Notes under the pieces: generated by a model
The model's database searches: none
What the model saw: the letters and a program-made list of their open reading frames with translations, nothing else
Told to the model about the DNA's origin: nothing
Made by a program: the position numbers and the translations under genes
Assembly (NCBI GenBank): GCA_013115125.1
Contig: JABANN010000217.1
Span: 1 to 52,246 of the forward strand
Direction of reading: 5' to 3'
DNA from: Perkinsus olseni
Lineage: Eukaryota
DNA length: 52,246 nucleotides
Part shown: positions 1 to 12,600 of the stretch, piece by piece
Numbering within the stretch: position 1 is the first letter of the stretch
Layout: each line of letters begins with the position of its first letter

Positions 1-296
1 CAACGGTATTCTCAAAGACATCTAGCTGTCTACAAACGGTTCTCCGACGGAGAATCTCCGTGGTCCAACGGCCCGCTAGGTTACGAAGGTCTTTCTCAGT
101 CGGACATTAAACGCCGGCGGAGATGAGTCTATGGCCATCGTGAGCGCTCTGCTGAGCTAGAACGAACCGAAAACCAGAGCAGCTCAGGTTGACGAGACGT
201 AGCAGAGTCCCCAAGGCATTGACAAAGCACTCAGCTAGAGTACTGCGCATTTTTGGGCGAGCGAGATCGAATACGCCACACCTTTACACGTGCCAC

Positions 297-320
297 CGTC
301 ACGGCGTCACGGCGTCACGG
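297..320. repeat. Tandem CGTCACGG x3 upstream of the first gene
   Basis: cgtcacgg cgtcacgg cgtcacgg read directly. Confidence 0.9.
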
Positions 321-552
321 TTGCACGTTAGGGTTGTAATAAAAGCTGTCATCGTTAGCTACGTACATGTACTCGGGCCCGTAGCGCTATTCTATTCCTG
401 CTCTATTTCAATCTGCACGAATATCACCGAAACAAGCAGCGATCAGAGAGAAAAGCTTACCTTGGTGGTCCACGGTGGTCTACTCTCGTGGTCTACGCTC
501 AAAAGTTAGGTTTTCTAGCGAACAAGAGAGCGTTTTCCGAACTTTTTAGGGT

Positions 553-585
553 ATTGAAATAGAGCTTTTTCAGCTCTATTTCAAT
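553..585. repeat. Perfect 14-bp inverted repeat, 5-nt loop, ~70 bp upstream of ATG 653
   Basis: ATTGAAATAGAGCT-TTTTC-AGCTCTATTTCAAT; a further copy of GCTCTATTTCAATC at 400-413. Confidence 0.9.
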
Positions 586-652
586 CCTGTCTTCGCTTTT
601 TTTCGGCCTCTTTTTCGGTCAAAAAAAGTTTACTTATGGTCTACGGGTCAGA

Positions 653-3600
653 ATGTCGCTAAGACGGCGAGAGGTCTCGAGTTCAATTCTCGGCACAGCC
701 CTTATATTTTTGGTCTTGGCAACATGCCAGCCTTCTCGTTTGTACTCTGATCTTTGCCAGATACTGGAGCGAAGCGTATATAGATGCCATTTTCCCGACA
801 TCTTATCCATGGTCCATCGGAAAGGGATTCGCCTGGGTCACTGTGGTAGGTTGAGCTTGATTACCATTGCCGCACAGCTGTTATCGACCGTGTATCCTCG
901 ACAGGTTGGTGAGGACCTGCCTTACACCCACCCTCCCTTGAATTGTTCCTTTTACGCCGGTGTCCAGCGCGCTCTGGCTACTACGCTTTTTAACACTACG
1001 CACGCCAAAGTGCAGCTGCGGTCTCCTGGGTAGCATGGCGACAACCGCGAGCAGCCATCTCAACATCTTAGCTGCCCGCCAGGTTCCCTGTTGTGATAGA
1101 TCAGCTTGAGCTCCGCTGCTGGGAGTCGAACGAATTAGTCTCAGCTGAGGGAGTAACAACACCAGCCTTCAGTTGGACTACCGCCCCGATGATCCAGAGG
1201 ACTTCTCCAGGTAACTCTGTACAGCTCGGCCAGGGTGCATTCTCTGATTGTACCACCGTGGATCAGATACTGTTACGTTCGAGAGTGATGTGAACGTGAC
1301 TGTCATTGGAAGGAACTTTTCGGACTCTGAGGCGCTCTCGTGCATGTTCGATGGAAGGTGTTAACACAGGGTTCGATTCCTCGCGGTATAGATCTCCTCA
1401 GGTACATCGTAGAAGCTGTTTTCCTGAACACATCAGCATGCATGTGTCAACTACCGCCTGGAGTGGGTTCAAGACCAGGGTATGGGCGAGGAACTTTGAC
1501 AGTATCGCTAGAGAAGGTGGGAGACCTTACAGCAGCGTTTCTCTAGAGTAATCCTTGCAGGTGCATTGGGCACTGCCTGTCGATATTGCGATAGTTTACG
1601 AATCGGTCTTCCCTCCCCTGCCAGAAGAGCCGCCGCCAGTTTGGCCTCCGGTAGGGCGCAGCCGTAACCATACGTGAGTTTTCCACTCACATCTTGTCAG
1701 CTTGCACATTCAATCCGTGCACCGTTCAATCAAACGAGCTCTAACATTACTGGTCTACAAATGTACAAGGCGAGTGCAATGGCCGCGAACCTTCTGCCGA
1801 CTTTGATAAACTCGAGTCGCATTTTGCCTATGCTGTACAACAGTTGGCCAATTGACATCTCCCAGTACCCAGTTGTACGCTGTGAACCTTCGATGGGTCT
1901 GATTGGTGGTAATGCCACGGTGCATCTACACACGTCGGGGCGAAGCGGCTTCCCGGGCAGAGCTGATTTCCTGATAGTCTGTCGTTTCGGCAGTGTAGCT
2001 ACTCCTGGGAGGTGGAATGCAACTCACCGCACCATTGACTGCGAGGCTCCGCAAATGGAGGCTACTGGGACATATGACGTCCAGGTAGCTGCTCCTTGGC
2101 GGCGTTCTCCTTTTCGACACGATTCTCGTTAGGTGAGCATGGACGCGGGTCTGACATTCTCTCCCATCACCGATAGAACTGCGACCTTTTGCTACCACCG
2201 GCATCCCGAGTTCAGCCTCATCTATCCCCCACTCGGCTCCGTCGTTGGCGGAGGTTCGGTCACGGTATCCGGCCGCCATTTTCCGAACGTCTCTGCCACC
2301 GTCATATGCAGATGGAACCAGACAGTTGTTGCGATTGGTCGCTTGGATTTCGAAACGTCTTCATTTCAATGTGGAGTGCCGTCAAAGTTCAGGGTGCTGC
2401 CTTTTCCGGCTAGTGAAGCCGAGGCGCCGGGCACTGCGCTGACGCTGGAAGTCTCCTTTGCGAGAGCGCCTGCGGCGTTCTATAGCGTACGGGCGCCGGG
2501 TGGATTCAGTCAGCATGGACTGATATCTGCACGCGAGGCCCACTACGTGCTGTCTCCGAGGCAGACTTTGGCGTCCCTTGGTGGGGCTAATGTTACGATC
2601 CGAGGAACAAACTTCGTAACAGAACTCCCAAGAGGATTTGCGCTATGCCGGTAGGTATAATAACCACGATCCTCGCCTCTCACGGTCGTATCTGAGATTT
2701 ATCGAGTCGCTATCGTTTAGTGGTTAGGACGTCACGTTGTGGCCGTGACAACCCCGGTTCAAATCCGGGTAGCGACTTTTGCGCAGTGGGCTGTGAGGGA
2801 TCTTTCATACAGGTTCGGGACCGTGGAAGTAGTGGCATATGTAGCCAATTCGACCACCCTTTGGTGTTTGGCTCCTCCCTTGGCCGAAGTAGGCTACTCA
2901 ATCGCCCTCGTACCTCACTGATTGAATCAGATTGACCTCGCCGCATCGGCACCCGCAGATGTTCTCGTACAGCTGTCCTTCGACCTTGGCAACAGCTATT
3001 CCCCGATTTTGGTGAGTCTTTCACTCGCTATGGCGTTAGTCGTCACTCCCTTTTCCTTCAGGCTGCATTCTCCTATGTCGAGGATTTCGTCGTGGATGCT
3101 TTGTCGCCCGATATGGCCATTTCGGGAGGGGGCACTTTGATTCTAATCATTGGAAGCGAATTCACGGACTCTCCCGCACTCGGGTGCAAGTTCGGCAATG
3201 AGACAACCCCAGCGACTTTCATATCATCGCAGGTCAGTGACGATTAGTACAGACCCTCTGCGTTACGAGATGCGATCGGTTGTTCGCTTTCTCAGGTTAT
3301 GCAGTGTACGACGCCACCGTTAATGGTCGGAGTTCATCCCTTCAAGATGACTCTTGACGGAGTCGAGTACTTCGACACAGGCAAGAGTGTCACAACCCTT
3401 CCTCCATCAACGCTTCTAAGTCTTTACCCGACGCGGGGATACTTCAGCGGCGGTACAGAAATCCTCGTCAATGGTGAGAAGCTGCTGGCATTATTTGTAA
3501 GGCGAAGATTGGTTCCTATCAGGGACGAATCTGGTGAACTCAGTACTTCTGCAGTGCCAATTCGGGCAGGCGCCGCTGGCAGCTAAGGACTGGTTCGACT

Positions 3601-6600
3601 CTGAGCATATCCAGTGCACTGCACCGCCTTGTGATGTGGCGATGGGGGGCCAGTCTCGCGGGGAAGAGTGCGAGGGGACCGTACAGGTGGGCGGGCACCT
3701 TTGGGCCGCTTTCTGGTTAGCCCAACATCCTGTCTCTGTTGCGGTCCTGTTCTGATGTACTTTTCGCTAGGTCATGCTATCCTTCAACGGTTTGGACTTT
3801 TTCGGCAACCTCACTTACGAATACGTCAGACGGCAGAGGATCGTTGACGTGCTTCCCTTCCCAGCGGGGAGATGGGATGAGCCGATGAACGTGACTTTGC
3901 TGGGCACCGGGCTGAGCCCGCCAGTGTACTGCCGCTGGCTCGATCTGGGAGTGACTCCGGCGTTGGAGGTGGTCGCTCGTCTGAGCTTGTAGGATGAAAA
4001 AGTGTTCATAGTACAGGTTGGTATCTCCACTGATCCATCATCGCCGGCGGGCTCCTACGCTATTTGTACCGCCCCAGCCTTGCCAGAAGAGCGTCGTCTC
4101 GCTGGTGGCGTCGAAACGGACGGTCTTTTAGGGTGAGTCCGCAGAGCGTCCATTCGTTAACCTTTTCCGCTAATTTCTATTCGAGTGCGTTGCTGTCGCC
4201 AGTCGGAAGCGTGTTGATCAGATATCTCGAAGTATCAGCGAATAGCATCGACTTCACCAGCGACAGGACTCAGTGGTTCTTCTACTCGCCGCCGGCCGTG
4301 TCGAACATCTCACCTTCCCGGGTGAGTCGATACCTCTGCGTTGCCACATCGGGCTTCTAGGCACGTGATTCGCCAAGTCGCGTTCAGGTGTGGCACAGCC
4401 TCCCTCTCCAAGGGAGCCTTCTCATTCACGGTACTCGCTTCCGAGTCATCGCACCTAGCCAGATCACCTGCAAATGGTGGTAAGCGCAGTGGAGGACGCT
4501 CCTGTCGTACGTCTGACAGCCACTTCCACGCCACTGTTGTTGCCTGCTCTCGGATAAGTTTCTGAATCGTGGATCGTCTTTACTTTTATGTACGACTCTG
4601 ATGGGCAAGCGCCAGAGGTCGCTACTGCCTCCTACCTTTCACGCAACGTTCTGAGTTGTAAGCCCTTGAGCCCTCCAGTCTCTCCTTCGGAGGCGACAGG
4701 GGCCATGGCTGTTCGAGTGGAGGTTGGTCTCACTCCGGAGGTCTACTCTGACTCTAACAAGACGATCTTAGTAGGCAGCCGCTCCTCTTCCTGCTAGTGA
4801 TGTCGAGTGAATCCTTTAGGCAACCAAGCGTCCACACGTATCGGAGATTTCGCACGACTCCGGACCATTCCTAGGAGGAAACGTTCTCACTTTGCATGGT
4901 ACGGGATTCTGGAACTCACAGGACGCTACTGAGGTGAGCTGGTCGCGTACCCCGCATGGACTTCATCGTTCGCAATGTCTACAGGCGAACTCCTCGTCGA
5001 CCGACACCCTTTATGTCATCATCGGTGACACACCGGTTCCCGCGTGGCCAGCTTCCATCAACGGCACGGTGGCCACGGTGCGCTTGCCAGCAGTACCACA
5101 CTTCACCGGCTCTCCAGCAAAGTTCGATATCAGCCTGACTCATAATCTGCAGGTAGACCAGCGGTTCTTAGCGTAGATTTCTAGCTTGTCGCCGGGCCTT
5201 CTGGGGCTTCCATATTGGTAGTACCAATTCACCCCTTAGGATCGACTTTTCACTGGCTTGGTAGAGTCCGGAGGGACAGAAGCGGAAGTTCTGAAGGAGT
5301 AGGGGGTTTGGGTATATGATTATAGGTCGCGGCAGACCTATGTACAGATATGAGTATCTCGACGTGGCGATCGGGAAATTCTACCGTCCTGAGATTCATC
5401 AGGATGGGGCGCCGAAGGACTGCCCCCAGGGTCACTACTGCAAGGGAGGATATGCTCGGAACCTCACGATCTCTCCAACGGCCCCCCAGTGAGACCGGGT
5501 CCAACAAAATCCAGGATGGATTGCTGCGGTTGTTAGCGTCATTCGAGCCAGGTCCGCCACACCCTGCCCCTCGGGTTACTATCAAAATCACACCGGCAAC
5601 TGGTCGTGTGACATTTGCCCGATCGGATCCTGGTGTGATTCTAACGCCGCAATTGCTCCGGGGAAGTGTCCAGATGGGTGAGATTGGCTATCTTCCCGCA
5701 CTTAACGATCATAAAATTTTCTCCTAGGTACGTATGTTGGGGAAAGGAGGGCTATGACCAAGACGTCCCATTGTGTCCGCAAGGCCTAATATGCGTGGAG
5801 AGTCTTGCCACTGCGAGGCCAACCGTTGTGAGTGTATTGGACTCACCTATTGCGATCAATCCACGTTTGTTCAGGTGAGAGCCGCTCGGCGGAGACTGAA
5901 GCTTCGGCGATCTCGGCGAAGGCTGGCAGAGGTGCCTGTGACTGTGGAGACCATCGAATGTCCGCCGGGCTTTTACTGCCCACCTGGAAGCGTGGCAGCT
6001 CGGACGGAAGACGGCAGTATTATGATGAGCGACAACGTGAGCAAAGTTTGAGAATTTCCTGGCGCGTGACGTTGGTGTGAAGGTCCCGGCATGCTCAATT
6101 CCTGGTATTGTTTGCACCGAGGGCTCGGCAGTCCCGCTGGCCGTGGACACTCCTATCACTGAAGGCTTCTATGTCAGCGAAGATGGCAGCCAGCTGTTGC
6201 CCTGCGTTCCAGGGTAGCCGCAGCACTCCAATAGCGAACGTCGGGAGAAGCTCGATCTCAGGTTTTCGTGTACAACGACTCGATCTGGAGGAGGTTATCC
6301 TCAGCCATGTCCACCCGGTACGTACCAGGTATCTCCTGGAAGCTCCCTCTGCAGCACCTGTACTGCTGGTAAGCACTCGCTCCTGGCGGCTGGAATCGAC
6401 TCCGGCGTGACTAGTTCGCAGCCGATTGGAACAGCGTGGGTTTTCTAGGTACCATGTGCGCAGCAGAAGGATCGGCCCTCCCGAACCTGTGTCCAGCCGG
6501 GCGAGTATGTGCTCACGCTGGTCGATCGCAGCCAAGCTACATGTGCCCCGCTGGGAGCTACTGCCTGCCTGGTGTCTTCACGCTGAACACTTTGGCCGGG

Positions 6601-9600
6601 GTTGACCCCCTGTGAGCCAGGCCGAAGCGCTGACATCTGAGGCATTCGAGGCTCTCAGGTACCTCCCAACAATCTGTGGTAATGGGACGTATTGCATGCC
6701 TGGAACGACAACGAATGAAATCAACGACTTGGACCCGAACGCGCCACGGAAATGTGTTGAAGGGTAGCTGGCAGGGGGACTTCTTCTGGACCTGCAGCTA
6801 GAGAAGGAAGGCCCTTCTTGCCTGCAGGTACTTCTGCCAAGCTAATGAGACCACATACAGAGGGCAGGGTGAATGCCCTGTAGGGCACTACTGTGTACGA
6901 GCCAGCCTCGAGCCGGTGCTGGCTCCCAAGGGGTAGGCATCTATAAAGATGCACTGTCTACTACTGAACTCCCCCACAGTTACTTTGTGGACTATACTGG
7001 TGCCTACACACCGTCCAGATGCAAGCCCGGTACATATCAGGACGAAATCGGGCAGGTTACGTGCAAGGCCTGTCCTGACGGCCACGAGTGCACGCAAGAC
7101 GGTGAGGTTCGAAGTGGATGACCTTCCTGCTCCGCTCGCTGAATGCGTTCTAGGAACACTTTAATAGTATCCTCTGGTGTGATCGATCGAGTCGTTTTGC
7201 TCCTAATGAATCCGTCGTCCTTTGATACTCGTCCTGGTGTCGGAGAGACTTGAAGCCTGATTCCACATAAGCTCACGACTAGCGGGTCAACGTGTTTTGC
7301 ATGCAAGCTCAATTTTTTCCACCGTTGCCTCGGCAAGTCTCGTCGCCTAGAGGGAAATTATGTATCGTTCGCTACTCCTCGGCGAGACAAGGTGCAAGCA
7401 GGCACATGGAAGCCGGTACCCTGCAGACCAGGAACGTACCGTTCTATCGGCGACCCAAGCTTCACAGAAGAGGCCAACATATTTTGCCATCCTTGCCCAC
7501 AAGGGACGTGGAATTACCGGGGGCAGCTGACTAGCGAGCTCATGTGCGAGAACTGCCCGAGCCGGTAAGTCCTTGATGTCCCGCTAGAGTGATAAACAAG
7601 TACGCTCAGGTACGTGTGTGCTAGAGAAGGCCTTACTTTGTTTGCTCCTAAAGAACAGACAGACTGCACTCCTAATGAGGATGTAAGCTTATCGGCCTTC
7701 GGTCAGCAGGGTCCGCCCCTCTGGGGTGCTCGAGGTCTATGTGGTATTTCTCAGGGTGTGGCGCTGTGCTATCAGCTTTCCCAAGCCAATGACTGCCCGG
7801 AAGGCTTCGCTTGCGGCGATTCCACTACTGCCTACACACAGTAGTGTTTCTCCCCTCTGGAGCTCCCTTATCGGTGCGTCCATCAGGTATGATTACCCGT
7901 GTGAGCCGGGCTACTACTGCAAGTCCCTAACAGCACTGCACGAGATGAGGTTCTTGCTATGCCCTGCGGGCTTCTACTGTAAGCAGGCCACAGGAGCCAG
8001 CAAGAAGGAAGCGAACACTTGCCCTACTAACTGGTACATCGGAAAATAGATATATTCCTGCACACGCTATTACGAGCTGTCCACCATAGGTACTGTCCGG
8101 AGGGCACAAGCGGTCTGGATTTAACGAATGGTACGGAAGTCGTCCTAGATCTGAAAAACGTTCAGTCGTGGATCGTCTTGGATGCTGGAGGCAACGCCGT
8201 GCCCAAGTGAGCCAGCCAGTGAGTCGGTACGGAAGGCTGTACACGGCTGACAGGTACGTGCAACAGATGGATCCGGAGACGGGCTCAATCTGCAAACGAT
8301 GTGATGATGAAACCTTCGTGAGTCTTTGGGTACTTTTGAACATGTCTTCCTCCGTTGAACCTCAAGATTCCACCATCGGCCGTGAACACGTCCGACTGCC
8401 TCCCCTGTGGAGTGCCACAAGTGGTCGATAATGCAGGGGGTGAAGTATGGGTTCCTAGTGAGGAGTGGGCGAGCCTCAAGTGCCCAGAAGGTAGAAATTC
8501 TATCTCTCGCGGGTGATGTATATGTAGGTTGGAGCTGGGACGGACGATTTTGTCTGCTCTTGGGACAGCATGCCATGCTTTCCAGGTACTTCGTCTATAT
8601 GGAAGTCGAGTAAGCCGGACGATTGCAAGCAGATAGGTGTCGTGATCGCCGTTGTGAATCTGTGAGTCATGGACTTCTCGACAGTCAATCGCTTCCATCG
8701 AGTTTCGCCATTTCGTGTAGATAGAAAAGCGCGTCCCATCGCTTCCCATGGTCCGTTATTTTTCTGTGCTATGGCAGACGTTGCTGTCCTACGTCAGATA
8801 CGCCAATGACACCGTGACGTATCCTGGCACTGGAGAGCAAGTGGCACTATGGAATCCTGAAAGAGAGTTGAGATGGATGGACAGCGGATCCAGTGAATAC
8901 CAGTCGAAGACAACATACAAGTGGGCTCTGGGGATTAGCCTTCCACGAAGGCTTGCGTGGTGGGGCGGCAAATGTTGGTGCTAGAGTCCAGCAGCTAGAC
9001 TATTGGGTGAATCCGACGGCATTAGTGTGGAAGTCTAAGGTCTGCTTTGGCCAGAGCATGAGTGCTGTTCAGCTTCCTGTCTGACTTTACCTTATCGGCC
9101 CAGCGTCCTGCTACCTTAGATACGGTCAGCCAATTAGCAACGACGATGAGACTCTGGTCGAGTTCATCGGCTTCGATCAGCGAAAAGACACGGACAGGGG
9201 TACCTTCCACTTCACCAACCTCAAGCTCGGAGCATTCGACATTGTAAGCTGCAGGGGCACGCCCTAGCTTGGGTGTCATTGTGCCGATTTCGGATGGCTC
9301 AGCGTCCATCTGGAAGCCTATCAGGTGCATGTATACTTCGAATTCTCGAAGATCGCCTCTGGTACTAGGCTGAGCACTAGGCGTAGCAGCGGTCACTATG
9401 ATATCGTCATAACGTCCAATAAGCTGGGTCCTCTGCAGCAGGAGATAGGCTACGACCTGCCTAACCATCTGGAAGAGAGCGATGGGGTAGGCAATCTTCG
9501 TCCGTCCTATTTCACTCAGGCTGCATCTGAGTCTTGTGGTAGTGCTGTGAGAGGTGCTTCAGCTCTGCTGTCTTAGGAGATATTCCACGATTTCGAACTC

Positions 9601-12600
9601 AAGCTCCTGGCTTTGGAGGAGGACGTGGTGTTCAATATATCGCTTAACCTCTTGCACGGTAGTCACTTGAAGAATCTCCACTACTTCAACGAGACAGTGA
9701 GGATGAATATAATGCGTCCCAATAGAGCGGACTGGGGTAATCAACAGGGCACGGGCGCCGGGCTCTCCGATCGTCTTCATTTTCAGGGCAACCCAAGACA
9801 TTCCTGGCTATTCTGAATCGGGAATTACTCAGCGGAAAAGGCTTCGAGCTTCCGTGAGCCGTCTTGATCCTCCCTGCTTCGATGGATTCTGGGCAATTAG
9901 CTCTCGAGCTTTCCAGGTACAACATGCCTCCTGGATTGGCCGACACTCCTGGCGACCCGAGCATGGTTGTGGATATGGCTAACGAAGGGAACATCGCTGA
10001 AGACCGGACCATAGCCAGCAATCAGATGCCTGGAGGTAATGTTCGTCGGCCTTATTCACTGTGCTTCTTAGCCTGTCGTGTCTGACGTCGGCTGCGCTAC
10101 CTGCTGAATCTAACTGTTCAGCTACGGCCTTGACTGATCGGGTGCTTCGCGCTTCACAGACCTCGCTGAGAAGATCTGACACCAGTGGTAATGTGAGCGC
10201 CTGCAGGTACGTTCTGGAACGTGATGCAAGTTGAGACTGTGGCTCTACCCTGGCTACCTTTCTTCTCGAGCTGTGACTATTTTGATAGCCACATAGTCAT
10301 TTGGGACTTACTCGAGAACCCTGACAAGCCCGCGGAGGCAGGAACCTGCAAGATACCTAATAAGGAGGACGTGAAGCCGGTGAGGCTTGTTGTTCGCATC
10401 TCGCGGCTGATGGGAGCCAAAATGATGCGGGGCGCGTCACCGAAAAGAATAAGAAAAATCATATGTACTCAGCCCTGCGCTCCAAGAGCATTTATCTATA
10501 GTGCTGGGAATGATGGGATTATCGGCGTAGCGAATTCTTCTCTTCGCGCCGAGGTTGGCTTGGCTACGTTTCTTTCGCCGGGACGAAGCAGGGTCCGGTG
10601 AAGAGATCAGAATGTGTATTCCTCCTGCAAGCACTCACCTCACTTCCCAAGCACGCACTTTACTTCCTGTTGCAAGTGCCTTCAGTAAAGTATTTTCGGC
10701 GGGGCAGTCCGTGGAGGCGGTAGTCCCTCTACTGTGATGAGGGCAGCGTCTCAGGTTCCCCCGTTATTCATCGACCTGTCGACCCTAGAAGTGACGATGG
10801 AAGCAAACTCGGACGAGTGTAGTCTGACTATCCCCTGCCGCTACGAGGACCCCATGGTCAATCACCTGAACACCCCCTGGATGTCGGTAGGTCGCAAGGT
10901 CCGGTATCATGTGAGTGCAAAGCAGCCTTGTCATCGCAGATCGATGAGGAGACCAAGCTCTACTACCTCACGCGGGATCCACGCTCCTTTGAAGACTTCG
11001 CTCGGGGAGCGGACCTCTTCGATTCCCTAGTTGGCACTGATAATCTCGTCGGTGTCACATTTGTTTCGGGAGAACGGGAAGGTGGTGATGAATCGCATAA
11101 ACGCTTATCGTGTGCGTGAGATAGAGAGGTCCTTCTCTCAGGCGCCTATCCCCGCTCCGTAAGCTTAAGTATAGCCTACAAACAAGAGGGGACGGAGTAC
11201 AAGAAGATCGTTGAGGCTGGTGAGTTGGAGTACCGCCTTTCGCCGTACTCACCAGCGACCAGCAGGTATGGAAGTGAACGATTTCGATGATGACTTCCGT
11301 CGGCTTGACTACAACCTGACAATTGAGTACAAACCGATGGTTTGGTCCGAGCTGATGAATGCCTTCCAACTGCCGCTTTCCGTGTAAGGGCTTCGCATTC
11401 GTATGCCGCTTAGTCGGGCTACGGTGCCCATTCCCGTCACCTGATTCTCATCCTGCTGGGTGGAGCTCTGTCGCTGAAGGTACTGCGTCTTATTTGCCCT
11501 GATCGGTGCCCTTGCAGTGGTCGTGACTTGGCTATCTTGGCTGGTCATGCGCATTGGAGTGAAGCGTGTCCAGGTATGCGTATCCATCACATCCTTCCTG
11601 CTCTCAAAGGAGGAGGGCAATTTCCGCTCCTCGCTTTCAGTCCCCTCGCTTCCAACTGGCCGAGTGCTTCGAGTTCATGCTGCTGTGGCCCATACAGGGC
11701 GTCTGTATAGCATCATTGCTCGTCGTGGTGAGCACCGGCCGCTATCACTGCTTCTGGTGAAGACTATGAGTCAGGTTCTATCGATAATCATAAAGGTCAC
11801 CTTCACTGACTTCGCGGACCCTTTCCAGGTAGGCTGGCGGGCTTCGGTAAAGGGCGGACGGATGGTGCGACTTGCAGGGAATCGGCTGCTCATGGCCTCA
11901 AGCGGTTGGCACGAGTGGAGCTGCCGAGGAGATGGACACGGAGACTTGCAAGCAAGCCAGAATGGGTGTGTGTCTTTCTGCGGCAAGGCGGAAGCAGTGG
12001 TCTCCGGCAGGCGAGTCTTTTCTCCTGGCTGGGTTGATGATGCTGTGGTCGGGCTCGAAACTGATGGTCCCGAAGCTCCGTGACGTTGAAGTGAAGTTCC
12101 TCGTACAGAGAAAAACGGATGACCTGCAGCAAGAGGTGAGTGATGCGCTCTGTGTCGTCTCACGGTCATTTACGAGTGAATTCAAGTTCGTGAAACTGTT
12201 TGAGGAGGCCTAGCGAATTTGCTCCCAGGGGATCCCCATTCCGGCTTCCCGTTCGAAGATGTCCAAGATAACGAGCTTACCAGTGAAGTGGAAACGCTTC
12301 CACCTTCTGTGGTGCTCTATTCTATTGGTCCTGGCTCTCATGGTCATGATGGAGTTCTCGTAAGTCTTCACGGTGGCTCACTACTGAGCGCTTTTTCCAG
12401 TGGCCCTTCTGGAGAGTGCGTATGATGCTTCCTCGGACGGCTCTCGTTGTTAGGGCCTTTTCTTTCGAAGGCCGAGCCATGCATTTACATTGGAGTGAAT
12501 TTACCTTGTACTTCTTCACTGTTCCAGGTACTCGGATTTTTTTGGTACCAATAACGTGAACTTCATTGTTGGCTTCACTTTCATGATGATGGCCGCAGAA

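Noticed and set aside
1465-1477. GGGTTCAAGACC B-box-like sequence
   Set aside because: Appears to be in an open exon frame (PGVGSRPG) and lacks the tRNA-like tail
2777-2790. TTTGCGCAGTGG resembling the U4 snRNA 5' end
   Set aside because: Similarity stops after 12 nt and the intron ends ~25 nt later
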